DNA of 64,000 nucleotides, taken from Pseudogymnoascus verrucosus (taxonomy: Eukaryota). Numbering within the stretch: position 1 is the stretch's first letter; every line of letters starts with the position of its first letter. This document shows positions 38,713 through 52,700 of this stretch, piece by piece. The notes under the pieces are model-generated. The model saw only the letters and a list, made by a program, of their open reading frames with translations, was not told the DNA's origin and did not search any database. A program made the position numbers and the translations under genes. The stretch lies in the NCBI GenBank assembly GCA_001662655.1, contig KV460209.1, one strand, 5' to 3'.

Positions 38713-39712
38713 ATGCGTCTCACCACCGAACTCATCCAATCCTCCCTATCATACCTCAATCCCCTCAAAGAGCGAGAGCTCGACCTGCGAGGTGCGTTGT
38801 CCCTGAGAAGAACTGATACTACACTTTGAGGCGAGCAGAGTTGATATCGATATCTGGGATTGCAGGTCACAAAATACCGAGCATCGAGAACCTGGGTGTT
38901 GCTGGCGTGAGTTCTCCATTCCCCCTCCTCCCATGTGGCATTATACGTCATATTGGCTTTCTTTGGACTTGGGGCCGCATACTACTGCTAGATAAGAGAG
39001 AGCTATGGACTGACAAATGACAGCCACAAGATGCGATCGACTTCACAGACAACGACATCCAGCTTCTAGGCAACTTCCCCCTCTCCCCGCGCCTCTCCAC
39101 CCTCCTCCTCGCCCGCAACCGCGTCGCTCAGATCCAGCCCTCCGTCGCGCAATCGATACCGAATCTCACCACCCTCATCCTGACATCGAACAACATCGCC
39201 GAGCTAGCTGATCTCGACGCCCTCGGCACACTGCCCAAGCTCACGCACCTGGTGCTGTTGGAGAACCCTGTTACACGGAAAGAGGTAGGGAGCTCTCACC
39301 ATTCTAGGAGATATCTGGGGTATGTGGGGATAGAAGCTGACGGGATAAACAGCACTACAGACTCTGGGTCCTCTTCCGCTGCCGCGCCGTCCGCTTCCTC
39401 GACTACCGCAAGGTGAAGGACGCGGAGCGCAAGCAAGCGGCGGAGCTCTTTGGAACGACATCCGAGCCCTCGGAGCTCGCGAACAAGATTATGGGTATCA
39501 AGTCGAGGACGTTCGATGTGCCGTCTGCGAACGGTGCGGCGGCGGCATCGAACAAGAATTACAGGGTTAAGTTGACGGATAAGGAGAGGAAGAAGGTGGA
39601 GGAGCTGATTAGGAACGCGAAGAGCTTGCAGGATATTATTAGGCTGGAGAAGGAGCTTAATGAGGGGCGCGTGCCGATGGGTGCACAGGGTGCGGATGAG
39701 ATGGAGGAGTAG
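38713..39712 (+). CDS. LEA1: U2 snRNP protein A' (LRR), 4 exons
   Basis: MRLTTELIQSSLSYLNPLKERELDLR|GHKIPSIENLGVAG|PQDAIDFTDNDI...LDYRKVKDAER. Introns 38792-38864, ~38907-39022, ~39285-39352. Confidence 0.93.
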
Positions 39713-40139
39713 GGTGGGGTGGCTTGGATAGTCCTTTGAGGGTATGCATCTGGGGCGTTTATAGGAGGTCATGAAAAGTATGGCGTCGGCCGGGTACGTT
39801 GGAGAGTCTTTAGACTGTAAATTATGATCTGAGACGCGCAATGCTAAGAGACATAATATGACTATATATTCCATCCGTGCCCTGGCTAGATTGTTGCAAG
39901 AGGGATAATGTTACAACTCTTTAATTGCATAAAATAACTGTGCCGCATGTAGCACTTCCTTTCCACTTCGCTGTCCCCGCGGACGGACTTTACTGTTACT
40001 ATACTGTACATCGCTGTCTACCGAACGCCTTCCTCGCCGCCAAGATGTCCAAATATGCACTCTCCCCCAAGCACTCTTCCAGTGGTGTTCGCACAACTAT
40101 CCCGCCTCTCCACTTATGTCATGTGTCCCTTCCATCTCT

Positions 40140-40963
40140 TCACTTGAACTCCACTGCGCGTTGCGAGATCAATAATCCAATGATCAGCCCAAACAGTCCC
40201 AACACCGAACTGAAGATCTCAATAACGAGGATCTTAACAAATCTGTCCCCATATTAGCAAGAGCTCTAAAAATCCAACCCTGTACACGCCCCCCAGGGAT
40301 AAACTCACAAACTCGGATCCGCAGCATCAGCCAGCGCGGCACCGCTACCGTTAATCCCGACGCTCACGCCGCAGATGAGGTTGCACATGCCGACGGTAAG
40401 ACCGCCCCAGAACAGCGCGTAGCCGGTATAGTAGTTGCTCCCCGAGTAGATGGCATCGCCCTCGACGACGTTGATCTTGGACGAGAAGACGATAGACATG
40501 ATGACGCCGTAGATGGCTACGACTTCGCAGAAGATGATGGAGATGAGGTTCTTGGTGCGGATGCGCGGCGCCTTGACGCCGCCACCGAGGATGGACGAGC
40601 CGGTTATGAAGATGCCCCTGTGAGATGGGAGTTAGCGGGTGTGAAGGCAAAGATGAGAGGGGGGTGGTTACCATGCGGCGCCGATGACAGACAGGCCAAT
40701 GCAGAGCCCGATGCCCAAGTCTGCCCAGGCGTAGGGCGAGACGTCTTCAAGGAACTGTCCGACCTGGATATGGAGTTAGCTACGTCGCCTGTCGTAGACT
40801 GGGAAAGAGCGTACATTGAATGCTTCTCCATCGCCAGTAAGGAGCATATCTAAGCCGCATAGGTTAGCTGCCTGGACCTCAGGGTGTCGAGGGGTTGAGT
40901 CTCACAAAGTCCAATCACCGCGAGGGTGGACGTAGAGCCAACGACGCCATATGTGATACTCAT
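40140..40963 (-). CDS. VMA16: V-ATPase proteolipid subunit c'' (21 kDa), 5 exons
   Basis: MSITYGVVG...; [76 protein letters not shown]. Confidence 0.93.
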
Positions 40964-41253
40964 CTTTGCAATGCCTGGAGCTTGCAAAAACAATATGAAA
41001 GAGAGTGGCGGCGGGGCGAGTTGGTGAAGCTCAGCTTCGATATCGAACTCACTGTACAGGTATCCCAAGCTTGGACGTCGCGAATTGCACTCTTGTCAGG
41101 TACAGGCGACCGTACGGACCTTTGGGCCACACACGTAGCGTGAGGCTCTGTGCTGACTAACCGCCCCATTGCCTTCACCCCGCCTCATATAGACTCATCC
41201 TCTTCTCTTCTTCCACCAACGTCCCGTCATCGTCACCAGAAAAGACATTCACG

Positions 41254-41718
41254 ATGGCAGCGAACGCCAGTCCCTTTTACGAGCTCTACCGCCGTAGCAG
41301 GTACTGTTACGCTCTTCACCGCAGCTTTGCTTCACCGAACTTGGAGTAGTGCTAATGCGTTTGCCTTGGTAGTGTCGGGAGGACTCTGATGGATACCCTC
41401 GACGAGCTGATCGGAGAGCGCCGCATCGAGCCGCAGCTTGCGATGAAGATCCTGAGCCACTTTGATCGAAGCATTACGGAGGTGCTGCAGGATAAGGTGA
41501 AGGCGAGGATGACGTTCAAGGTATGGATGGCTGGGGGGACATGGCTGCGACAATGGCAATGGTACTGATGAGGGATGATATAGGGACACCTCGACACCTA
41601 CCGCTTCTGCGATGAAGTGTGGACCTTCCTGATCAAGGACGTGACGTTTAAGATGGACAATACGAGTGTTCATGCGGACAAAGTCAAGATCGTGAGTTGT
41701 GGGACGAAGAAGGATTGA
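41254..41718 (+). CDS. TOA2: Transcription initiation factor IIA small (gamma) subunit
   Basis: [38 protein letters not shown]. Introns 41301-41372 and 41521-41583. Confidence 0.93.
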
Positions 41719-42244
41719 GATGCCTCTTAAGGCTATGGCGAACGAACACGAAATTGCATATATGTAGGATGGATTAAGGCTACGAAGAGGAGATCGTTCT
41801 TCATCTTACAGCAGGAGTTACTGGTCTAAAATGGGACATGGAAGGGAACGGCGTTCGTGGTTGCTGGCGGAAATAGAAACATCACATGGTGTGACTGAGT
41901 CAACCTGGACTGAAACGGCTGGTAATTTGAGATACCAAGATGTTGTTGTAACTGCATAGACAGAAATATACACAAACCATCAAAATCCAAAGCCAGAGAG
42001 TAAATAAACAAACCATTCGTGACAGTATTTACCTTTGAACATACCCCAAGTAGAGAGAGCACACTATAAACATGCGGCTAAACCGCCGACCCGCCAACAC
42101 CGGCACCCTCCCGGCTCCGCCCCACATAGACCACCGCACCTAAGTCCCCAGGGCCTCGCACCAACGCCGCAAGCCTACCAGAAACAGTACGTACGTCAGT
42201 ACCACGGGCTCCCCCACCCACCCACGTCCCTCACCACCATTCCC

Positions 42245-43338
42245 ATGGCCTCCGCATCACCCTCCAGCGCAACCAGCACCTCCTCCACAACCGCACCACA
42301 CCCCCGACAAGCCCTACGCTCCCGCAACCTCCCTCCGCTCCCTGAATTCACGTTCCCGCCGTCCCCTGGACCCGAGGACAGCGCGCCGACGACGCCGCGG
42401 GTGCAGATAGAGCAGCAGAAGAAGAAGGAGGGGGATATGGCTATCTCAGATTTGAGTAAGAAGGCGCAGTGGATTACGTTTGCGCTGTCGAGTGGTGCTT
42501 GTGCGGCTATCAATGGGGTGTTTGCTAAGCTGTTCGTCGTCTCCCTTCCTGTGTGTGTGGTGGTGAATGCGATTACTGATATTGGGTTCGTGATGATTGT
42601 AGGACTACGACGGAATTGACGACGACGTTTGCGACGTTTCTTGCGGGGCTTATTAATTTGGAGAAGGGAGAGCAGGCATTTGAGTATGCTATTCGTGCGG
42701 TAAGTTTTCTTCAATTGCGTAGTGATTTACAGAGGCAGGACAAATTGTGCCACCAAGGTTATTAAATTTGGCTATCGGGGTCCCCACGATATTCGAGCAC
42801 CAATCTCTGAAACTAGAAGCTGACATACCCTCTCTAGATATTCTTCGCCCTAAACCTAATCTTCAATGGCATCGTAAGCCCCCCTTATGTCACCCCCACC
42901 CTCATCCTCTGCATTCTAACATAGACCCCCCAGATGTGGACGCTCTTCACCAAAGCCCTCTCCCGCTCCCCCTCCACCACCCAAGTCGCCATCCTCAACA
43001 CCTCCGCAAACTTCATGATCACCGCCATCCTCGGCCTCGTCATCTTCTCCGAATCCCTCCCGCCCCTGTGGTTCGCCGGCGCCGCGCTGCTTGTCGCAGG
43101 GAACGTCATCATCGGCCGCCGCGAGGAGAAGGAGATTTCTGTCGCGGGAGAGGATGAGCACCGCACTTCTGAGGAGGGGAGCGGCACGTATTCGGATGCT
43201 GGTGAGGGACGGGCTTTGCTGGCTGATGATATTGAGTTGGAGACGGATGGCGAAGACACGATGCCCGTTAAGCGGAGGGACGACGAGGATATCCTGGACT
43301 TGCAGATGCCTCCTGATGAGCCGAAGAGGGTCGGCTAG
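42245..43338 (+). CDS. TMEM42-like small drug/metabolite-transporter-fold membrane protein
   Basis: FALSSGACAAINGVFAKL, MWTLFTKALSRSPSTTQVAILNTSANFMITAILGLVIFSE, acidic tail. Three introns. Start is 42245 or ~42436. Confidence 0.8.
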
Positions 43339-43509
43339 GTGTGTGTGATTGGGTTGTATAGTGTCTGGCGTTCGATACCTTGGGTTAATAGATTGTATAT
43401 ATAAAAATTTCGTTGGCACCCCCCAAAGGGCCCCCGTGGTGCCTGCAGCTAGTATTTCGTGTAATCGAAGGAGGTTAACTTATCCAACGTTACTGTGGCG
43501 TATGCATCA

Positions 43510-46149
43510 TCATATGCGATTCAATTCCACCCCATCGTCTGGTATATCCTCGGTGCCGTCCATTATCCCCGTTCGCCGCTGTGCACTTCCCCTTCTACTC
43601 ACGTCGCTATTCAATCTGATCCTCCCCCGACTGACTGTGGCCAGTTTATCACTTGCCCAGTCTGCTCCACGCAAGATAAGGCCCCACAGCCACTCCTCTT
43701 GTCCCTCCACAATGCCTCTATCATCGACCCTCGGGGTTTCACTCGCCTCGGCCTTGAACTGGTACTTGAGGCAGTCCTTCACCGTCACAAGACCCAGTAC
43801 CTTTCCGCGGTACTCAATAAGGATCACGCGCGGCCCAATCTTTCGGAACATATCCATTACCGTCTCAAGCGGGAGGCGGGGGTGCACGCTTACGGGCGTT
43901 GGGTCGACGAACCGTGAAAAGTCGACGGAGGAACTAGAGCCATCAACAGTCACGGCCGGCGTGAGGGGAGTGGAAGGCGTCTGAGGGGCGAGGGACGCGG
44001 AGGAGGCAGGCGCTGCAAAGTAGCAGCGCGCAGTTGGGAGAACCCCGTGGTTTTTCTTGACGCGGTCGACGGCGTAGCGCAGCTCGGTGCGGCCAATGTA
44101 CCCGACAAGGATTTTTGCGTGCCGCTCCTCGACAACAGGGAAGCCTTGGAACTCTCTGTCGGCAAGAACAGCCTCGATGTCGGCCATGGTGCAGCCGGTC
44201 GTTGGGAGGGTGACGGGATCAGACGTCATGACTTGTGAGACTGGGACACCAAAGTTGTGCTCTTCTTTGTTGTCGAGGAATGGGAAGCCGTTAAACCAAA
44301 TCATCTGGTCGGCGATGCCGCCTTTTCCAAACAATTCGCCAACCGCCTTGGTGACGCCGACAACGATCATAGTTGGTAGAATGTAGGTAAGAGCACCTGT
44401 GAGCTCAAACATAATGACCACCACCGAGACGGTGATATGCATGATGCCAGAAAGCGCCGCTGCTGAGCCGAGGAAGGCGTAGGTACCAGGGGTGATGCAT
44501 GGAAGGTCGGGGTCGCAGGCGGAGAAAAATGCGGAGGTAGGATTAGCATCATGAATCGCTTCCACGAGTATGCCGACCGCGCGGCCAAACGAGGCGCCGA
44601 TAGCCATAGATGGGACGAAAATCCCGGCTGGCACCTTGCAACCATATGAAATGATGACAAGGCTGGTACGGATGGCAGTGGCGAGGATGAGGGAGAAGAA
44701 CATAGACCACCTATGCTTGCTCTCGCAGAGGCCGTGGTAGTCTTCGCCGCCTTCGCATTCTTTGAAAAGAATTTCCATGGACTCGGTCATGTCGATGCTC
44801 AAGAATATGCTCGGAAAGCAGATAATGGCAGTACCAACTGCCAACAGCGTCGCTTCCAGAACCCCATGCTTCGACAGATACTTCTTTCGAAAAGCCTGAG
44901 CCCTTAAATTCCATTTAATGACAAACGCTCCATATAAGCCGCCGAATATGCCGATGATGATATAGAATATCACTTCGAAGAAATGCCATGATCGATCATA
45001 CCTGACCTGAAACATGACGAGCTGGCCTGTTCTGAAAGGGTTCATGGCAGACAGAACCGCTGTTGCTACCAGGCAACAGAAATATGTACGCCACATAGTC
45101 TTCAGAGGAAAGTGCGGAGACATCTCCTCTAAGGAGAATAGGACACCTCCTATAGGACTGCCAAAGGCGACTGCGACACCTGCAGCGGAGGATGCGCTCA
45201 GAATCTCCCGAGTCTTGGACGCATTGCGCTTGTATTTGTCGAATAATCTTGATATAACATTTCCAGTGCACACAGCATAGTGCACACTCGGGCCCTCCTT
45301 TCCGACTGAGAGACCAGATGCGATAGCGAGAGGTAGGCCGATCGACTTGATGAGCAGAGTCCACCATCCCAGGAAGCCTTTCATAACGAACCCAGCGATA
45401 ATGCATTTAATCTCCGAGATTCCAGACCCGGCGGCGTATGGCGCAAAAGATTTGACCAGTGTCGCTGATGTGAAAGCAAATATCCCTGCTGTAAGAATAT
45501 ACATCAGGTAGTTGACGGGGGCGATCGGAGTCCAGTTGTGCCATTGGGGGCACCCATTATCTTCTCCCCAGCAACAAAAGTTCTGGTTTAGGTAAAACCC
45601 TGTGGTACAATATCCAAGTTTGATATCCGACAACCATTCTGTGATGATGTTCAGGAGTGCCGCGTTGAGGCCAATCGCAGCACCTATCAAGGTGACGACG
45701 ATCCAACCCTGACCCGCATTGTATGCCTCCCATAGCTGATATCTCCAGCCAGCCTTGCCACCTCTTGTAAAGAACCTCGCATTTTCTCGCCGCCGCGCTT
45801 CGCGTCTCTGTTGTTCTCGGGCAGCATCTTGTACCCAATCTGTAGATCGTCAGTTCGGCACCACAGGGCGGGTCGAGTGTATTAATAGACAGAGCTACGA
45901 ACCTATTGTTGTGAAATCCTTCGACATTATCAGCTTTAGTTTTCATATGGCAAACTGGAGCAAACGCACCTCATATCGTTTTATCTCTTCTATTTCCTCA
46001 TCTATCTGGTGTTCTGCTCCAGTTGGAGCTGGGCCCCCCTCGCCCAGGTCAGTCGCATTGGAGACAGCGATGGATATCCGACTTGCGACTGATGGGCGTC
46101 GTGGGCGCAAAGTGGTCATTGAAGACGATGATGCTTGTCGACTGGTCAT
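43510..46149 (-). CDS. GEF1: CLC chloride channel / Cl-/H+ exchanger with CBS domains
   Basis: Signatures GSGISE, GKEGP, GIFVP, two CBS domains. 5' exons MTSRQASS...IKRYE|DFTTI|DWVQD. Confidence 0.93.
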
Positions 46150-46872
46150 AGATACGACCTATACAGCCATGAGGAAAGAGCAATAATAAATGGACATGAG
46201 TGCCGTCGAGAAATATATGCCGCGTACAACCTCTTGCGTGCTGTGCCTGGAGCTTGCTTGGCTTGTCCACACTGTGACTGCGGCCGCTAGTGCAACCACC
46301 CAACCTACCACCCTGCACGTACTTTGTCCACTTTAGTAGCCTCGACGCGTCTTCCGATTGAGCGCGATTGTGCATGTAGTAGCACATGACATGACAAACT
46401 TCGAAATACGAAATTTCAGTATATTGAGAACGAGTCCTAGGGCAACACCAACGAGGCACCTATACAGACTGGGCATACTGCGGAATTACGTGTGCTGTAA
46501 GTTATGAAAATTTATTCTCTCAAGGCGTGCTGGCGGTGCTGGAGCCGGTGTGTCAATCTCCTGTCAATCTCTACGAACAGGTGTTGAGATATTTCACTTG
46601 TCCTATGGCATTTTGGAGATATCTGACGTTTTCTATTTCGTTTTGCACATGGGATTGTCTCTTTCATATGGGATTACTGGGGTTGTGTGGCAGACCCCAT
46701 GTATACGACACTGCGGTATTCACATAGTGCTTGAGCCTGTCAGCAACCTGGATGCTGTTTTATTCTGCTTGAACATAGCTAATACGCCTCATCAGAATCA
46801 TAAAAAAGCTGTTATCCAGCTTGTACCGTTGGAACACGTTTAAATCTTCTCCATTTCCCCCAAATCGCCACC

Positions 46873-47514
46873 ATGCCATCTTCAGCCATCCCGCCCAGGG
46901 GTGATACCACCGGGACCTCACAACTACCCCGTAAGTGTCGTCCTTCCGGTCCAACCAGCCCATTCTAACTCCGCCCAGTCTCGCGGGTAAAGCGCCTCAT
47001 AGCCCTGGACCCCGACATCGCCGCCTGTTCCAACCCAGCCGCATTCCTAATCGCCCTAGCCACAGAATCCTTCATCCAGCACCTCTCCACCTCCGCCCAC
47101 AGCGTCGTCCGCTCGGAGCGCAAACCCCGCAAGAACATCCAGTACCGCGATCTCGCTGCGGCAGTTGCGCGTATGGACACACTCGAGTTCCTGTCCGATG
47201 TTGTCCCGCGAACAGTGACGTTCAAGGAGGTTAAGGCCAAGAAGGCGCGCGAGGGCAAGGAGAATGGGGAACCAGGATTGGATGCTGGACAGACTACGTT
47301 GGCGGCTAAGGGATTTGAAGCCGTGGTTGCGGAGACGCAGAATGGTCGGAGAGAGTCTGTGCAGGTGGATGGCACTGAGGATGCGGATGACGAGGATGCG
47401 GATCCGGAGAGGCAGTTGCAGATGGAGAGTCAGGATGCCAGGACGAGTTTCGGGAGCGAGCCTAGGCAGAAGAAGGGGAGGACGGATGGGGATGGGGATG
47501 TGGATATGAGTTAG
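46873..47514 (+). CDS. DPB3: Histone-fold protein, Dpb3/POLE4-like (Pol epsilon / CHRAC subunit)
   Basis: QLP|LSRVKRLIALDPDI...AFLIALATESFIQHL...RKNIQYRDLAAAVARMDTLEFLSDVVP. Intron 46931-46978. Confidence 0.78.
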
Positions 47515-47645
47515 GTTGAGAGTGTTCTCGGGTGAATGGCGTAATAGGATGCATGCATTAGGATAAATATGTGACAGCGGCTTAGTATATCATGAAAGGA
47601 TGTTTTGTGTTGGTTCACATTAACTCGAACTTATAATTACGGTGC

Positions 47646-49786
47646 TCAAATAGGTCCCATCAAAAGAGCCTGCACTTCCTCACCCTTTCCAATTTTGTCG
47701 CCAATTGGCAAACATAGCAGTGCATTTGCACTTTTCAAACTCCCAACCATCGAGCTTCTTTGCGCCCCAGTACTTGTTGCCACAAGCCTCCCATTTCTCC
47801 CAATACTCACTACCGCACGGTGATATTCCTTTCTCTGCTTATCCAACCTAATCTCATGTCCAAGAAGCACTGGTACTGAAGGCAACCCGGCCGGCTGCAC
47901 CCCACTCGCAAAATGCAAGCTAGGAAGCACGAAAAGATGAAGTGCCACGACAGCGCTCGCGGGATTGCCAGGTAAGGAAAATACCAGCTTCTTGACGGGA
48001 GAACCATCGTTGGATTTTACCGGCACCGTAGCAAACGTCGACGGCTTTCCCGGCTTCATCGCTACGCGCCCGAAATGTATCGTTCCCCCAAGCTGCCTCT
48101 CGATCGTAGGCTTGAGCAGATCTAACTCGCCCATTGAAACACCACCTGAGGTAATGATAACATCGACCTGTCGCAGTGCAGCGCGAAGAGTTTCCTCAAG
48201 CGATCCAGGGGTATCACTCGCGATTCCGAGGTCTCGTGCTTCAAAGCCCCAGCTTCTGACAGCAGCCATGATGGTGGGTCGGTTACAATCCCTCACTTCT
48301 CCCAGACGAAGGGGCCCAGGACGATCATGTTGCACGATTTCATCTCCTGTAGAAAGGACACCAACAATAGGGTGGCGGTAAACGTTGACTTCTGTTCGGC
48401 CAACGGATACCAATAATCCTAGCTCGCCGCCTGTGGCAGAGATCTGGTCGCCCTTACGGAGGATAACAGACCCTGATTGGATATCACTGCCAACCTCACG
48501 GATATTTTCGCCGACCTTGACGTCTGTGGCTAAGATCTCAACTTCCTTTTCTTCTGTACCATCCTCAGAAGTCGATTTGAGGGCTGTGTCTTCAACCATA
48601 ATCACCGACGTAGCTCCTGGTGGGAGAGGCGCGCCGGTGGTGATCCGAGTTATTTGCCCCTTCAATAGAGGTTTGATCTCCCCCGGTGCAGCATGAGAGA
48701 TAGATGCAACCGGGAATACACCAGCGGAGCTCTCTCCTCCTTCGGGAGCAATGACAGCATATCCGTCAACGATGCTGGCCCTAAACGCCGGCACGGCCTC
48801 AGTAGCGGTGACATCTTCAGCAAGAACGAAGCCAACAAGCGAACCATCTACTTTGGCGGATATTATTTGAGGTGCTGGAGTCTCATTTTTGATTAGTTCC
48901 AAGGCATGGCTAACTTCAAGCGTTGGATACGGTGACGACCGGTGTCGTCGAGACGGGCCAGCCGCGGGGTCATTAGATTGAGGATTATCCGTTTCTCTTG
49001 TGTGCCGGACTGGCATTGCGTGGCCATGGCCATGGCTATGTGAGTGGCTATGGTCATGGGTGTGCGAGTGACCGTGGTTGTGGCCCTGGTTGTGCCCATG
49101 ATGACCAGCGCGAGGCCCGCTAGAGCTTATTCCAGCCTCCGATTCTAGCTTTTTGATGCCTCCTGCGTGCAGAGACCTCGAATCCGCCCCCGCTGCTTGT
49201 AAGCATGCATGGGGTAGGAGCTTCAAAATACACTGGAGATTCTCCTTGGCGCCCTTTGGGGAGCCTGGAAGGGTGATAATGATGCTCTTGTTGCGGACGC
49301 CAGCGACGGGGCGTGACATGAGTGCAACTGTACTACGTATTAGAATGCAAATAATTTTTAAATCTGGGAATACAAACATGGTGTTATGGCGGCCGAAGAT
49401 GAGAGCATTCCATATACGAGGCCTGGGGCCTGGCGATGTAATAGTGGTGAGACAGCCTGTCACGTAATGAGCAAACATCCAATATGGCATCGTGTAAACA
49501 TTCAACATACTTCTGGGGTAAGGTCTGCGACAGCAAATCCAGTTCCTCCAGTGGTAATTATAACATTGACCGGATTATCCTGGCCGGCCCAATGCTTGAT
49601 AGCCTCCTGTATGTCCTCGACTACATCGCCGACGATCTTGGTCTCCACAACATCCCATTCCCATTGACCGCCCGCCTCTTGCTTAAAGACATCTTTAAGG
49701 ATGTCGCAAGATTTATCAGTAGAAGGATCCTCTACAGCTGTGGTAGAGACTATAAGTATTGCTGCTCTCAGCGTGTTTTGCGACAT
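47646..49786 (-). CDS. cnxE: Gephyrin-like molybdenum cofactor insertase (MogA G-domain + MoeA E-domain)
   Basis: ITTGGTGFAVADLTPE, TLPGSPKGAKE, His-rich linker, FRASIVDGYA, ITTGAPLPPGA, SGGVSMGELD, LPGNPASA. Introns 49510-49457 and ~49377-49328. Confidence 0.95.
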
Positions 49787-50039
49787 CGTGTTGGGGTTGT
49801 GATGCTAAGGACTATGAACGCATGTTCTGGTGGGGGAAACATGGGGAAAGTTGGGGTCAATGTGTCGGCGCGACACGCGGGAGGCGCCGTCCGCCTTTAT
49901 CGACGATTGGTGGGACGACCAAACATCACATCAACAGCTTCAAACTCTCGTTAATAATTATTGCTTTTGCAATATCCTCATAGTATCCATTGCGCCTTGC
50001 TAATATGACAGATAATTCTACATTACCCCGCAATATCTA

Positions 50040-51222
50040 TTATTTTTGCCCCTTTCCCTTTGCCTCGTTCTCACCCAATTCTCTGATGAACACCTTCACC
50101 AGACCATCTGGGCTGAAGTCCTTTCCGTCTTCAAATCCAGGAGATACGCCGATAGCGAGATATTTCCCGTCGGTGCTAAATGACAGCGCTGCTACACTTG
50201 TAGCATACTTCTGATATTGCCTGATTCTCCTCTTCGCAACGGCATCCCATAGCGCAACAACGCCATCTCCGCCACCACTGGCAAATGTGCCGTGGATAGG
50301 GTTAAACGTCAATGCGTTGACGGGATACACAATATCCGAACCATCCCCCGAAGAGTCAGGTTGGCGATGGCACTTGAAAGCGTACTTCCTAGCCTGTGAC
50401 GAATCCGACGGGTCAAACCATTCCACCGCGACACGGCCCTCGATTGATGATGTTGCGTAACCAGCGTCATTTGGCATGCACGCCACTGCTCTTGTCATGA
50501 ATTTCAAAGAACTCTCCCTCTTTTGCCATGGCTCGACCTCGCTCTTGCCATCGGTCGTTTGTGAAGAGAGTAATGCTGTGGATTTCAAGTCGTAGATATT
50601 CACCAGACGTGATGCCATGGCAACGACAAGGCGGGTTGGAGATAGTGAAAGTGAGAATGGCTTTGCGGGCAGTGGGATTGTGGTGGGTCCTTTCGAAGGG
50701 TCGGAGAGGAAGTGGAGGTGGAGTGTGCTATCCCATGACGAGGAGATGAGGAGCGAGTGCTCTTTGCTGTATACAACGCGGTTGGCGGGTGCTTCGTGGG
50801 TGCTGAGAACAGTTTGTTCGCCGGTACTTAAATCAATCCTAAAGTCAATGTCAGAATGTGTTACCTCCTAGACTAGGCTGTGAATTTACGTACCGCTTCA
50901 CCTGCCAATCCATGCCTGCTGTGAAGGCCTCATCGTCGCCCGCGCCAAAACAGGTATCCAGCACTGGAGCACGATGCTCATATTTGTTCACTAAGGTCCC
51001 AGAAGCATTTTCTCCGCCTTGAACTTCGTATAAATGGAGGTATTTATCCCATGACGAGACAAGTAGGCGGTTGGGAGAGTCTGGCGCAAACTTGACAGCG
51101 GAGATAACATCTGCTGGAGGCGTGGAAATCTCGAATTGGGTTGCTTTAAACAATGTTAGCTGTATATTACTTAGAATCCATAATCTGGCTCAAAGGCGGT
51201 GAAGAGTTTTACCTAAAGACAT
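50040..51222 (-). CDS. BUB3: Spindle checkpoint WD40 protein Bub3
   Basis: LLVSSWD, RESSLKFMTRAV, SSIEGRVAVEWFD, KYAFKCHR, YPVNAL, FASGGGDG. Micro first exon ATGTCTTTAG, introns ~51212-51145 and ~50893-50839. Confidence 0.92.
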
Positions 51223-51519
51223 CTTGTAGTTGTAGCGTGAGGTGTGTTGTTCTATCAGCGGGCGTGTTGATAAATGTTGGTTTGGATAAGGTCGCGATGG
51301 AGATGGAGCTTAGATTTGGATTCTGCCGCACTATCGCTTACCGCCTTTAGACCCCTCCAGACCACAGGATGACGATTCGGAACAATTTCAAACCAAGAAC
51401 ATAAACATACAAACATATGCGAATTTTTCAATACTATATTCTAGAGTCACCGCAGATTCTTTGAATAATACCCAGATTAAAGTCAAACAAGCCAGGGGGT
51501 TGCCTGATAGAAGCCCGTC

Positions 51520-52693
51520 ATGCCGTTCGCACAGGTAGGTTTCCTCAGGTCAAGCAAGGCTGATACGATCAAGTATTAACATTTCTACAGCTTGTTGTAG
51601 GCACAGCTGGTGCAGGCAAATCTACATACTGTGATGGCAGTAAGTATAGACCAGAACGTTCTAGTATCTCCAATGCTAACTACGGCAAAAAGTGCAACAG
51701 TTCATGTCTGCCATCGGGCGCAAATGTTCGGTCGTCAACCTCGACCCCGCCAACGAGCACACAAACTACACAGCAGCCCTCGACGTTCGCGAAATAGTCC
51801 GTCTCGAAGACATAATGCGCGACGATGAGTTAGGCCCCAACGGCGGTATACTTTATGCTATGGAGGAATTAGAACACAACGTCGAGTGGCTGGAGGAGGG
51901 CCTCAAGAGCTTAGGGGAGGACTATGTAATTTTTGACTGCCCGGGGCAAGCGGAGCTCTTCACACATCACTCATCATTACGAAATATATTCTTCCACATA
52001 CAGAAGATGGGATACAGGTTGGTTGTTATGAATCTCACAGATTCTTATTGCCTCACCCTACCATCACTATACATCTCGAATCTCATCCTCAGTCTCCGCG
52101 CCATGCTCCAGATGGATTTGCCACACCTCAACGTCCTCACCAAGATCGATAAGCTTTCCTCGTATGACCCATTACCCTTCAACCTCGACTTTTACACCGA
52201 AGTCCAAGACCTGAGCTACCTCCTCCCGCACCTCGAAGCCGAGTCATCCGTAATGAAGGGTTCCAAATTCGCCGGCCTAAACTCGGCCATCGTCAACCTC
52301 GTCGAGAGCTTCGGGTTGGTCGGATACGAGACGTTGGCGGTGGAGGATAAGCGCAGCATGATGCACCTCCTACAAATGATTGATCGAGCAGGCGGATACG
52401 TCTTTGGCGGGGCGGAGGGCGCAAACGATACGGTATGGCAAGTTGCCATGCGCGAGGGATTGACGACCATGGATATAAAAGACGTCCAGGAGCGCTGGGT
52501 AGATGCGAAAGACGAGTTTGACGAGAGGGATAGGAAGGAGCAAGAAGCGCAGGATGAAGCTGAGAGGGCGAAGGCCGAGGCTGCCCAGAAGCTCGAGGCG
52601 CATATGGGAGACGATGAGGTGGACGAGGACTTTGGCGACATGTCGTTACCTCCGGGTGGTAGTGGGATTAAAGTTGTTAGAAAGAATAAATGA
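51520..52693 (+). CDS. GPN2: GPN-loop GTPase 2
   Basis: MPFAQ|LVVGTAGAGKSTYCDG|MQQF..., VNLDPAN, LGPNGG, FDCPGQAELFTH, NVLTKID. Two introns. Confidence 0.93.
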
Positions 52694-52700
52694 TGTCCCA

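Noticed and set aside
38792..38864. Twin/recursive intron in LEA1 intron 1 (internal TTTGAG|GCGAGC)
   Set aside because: The pieces would be only ~39 and ~34 nt with poor consensus; a single 73-nt intron explains the frame.
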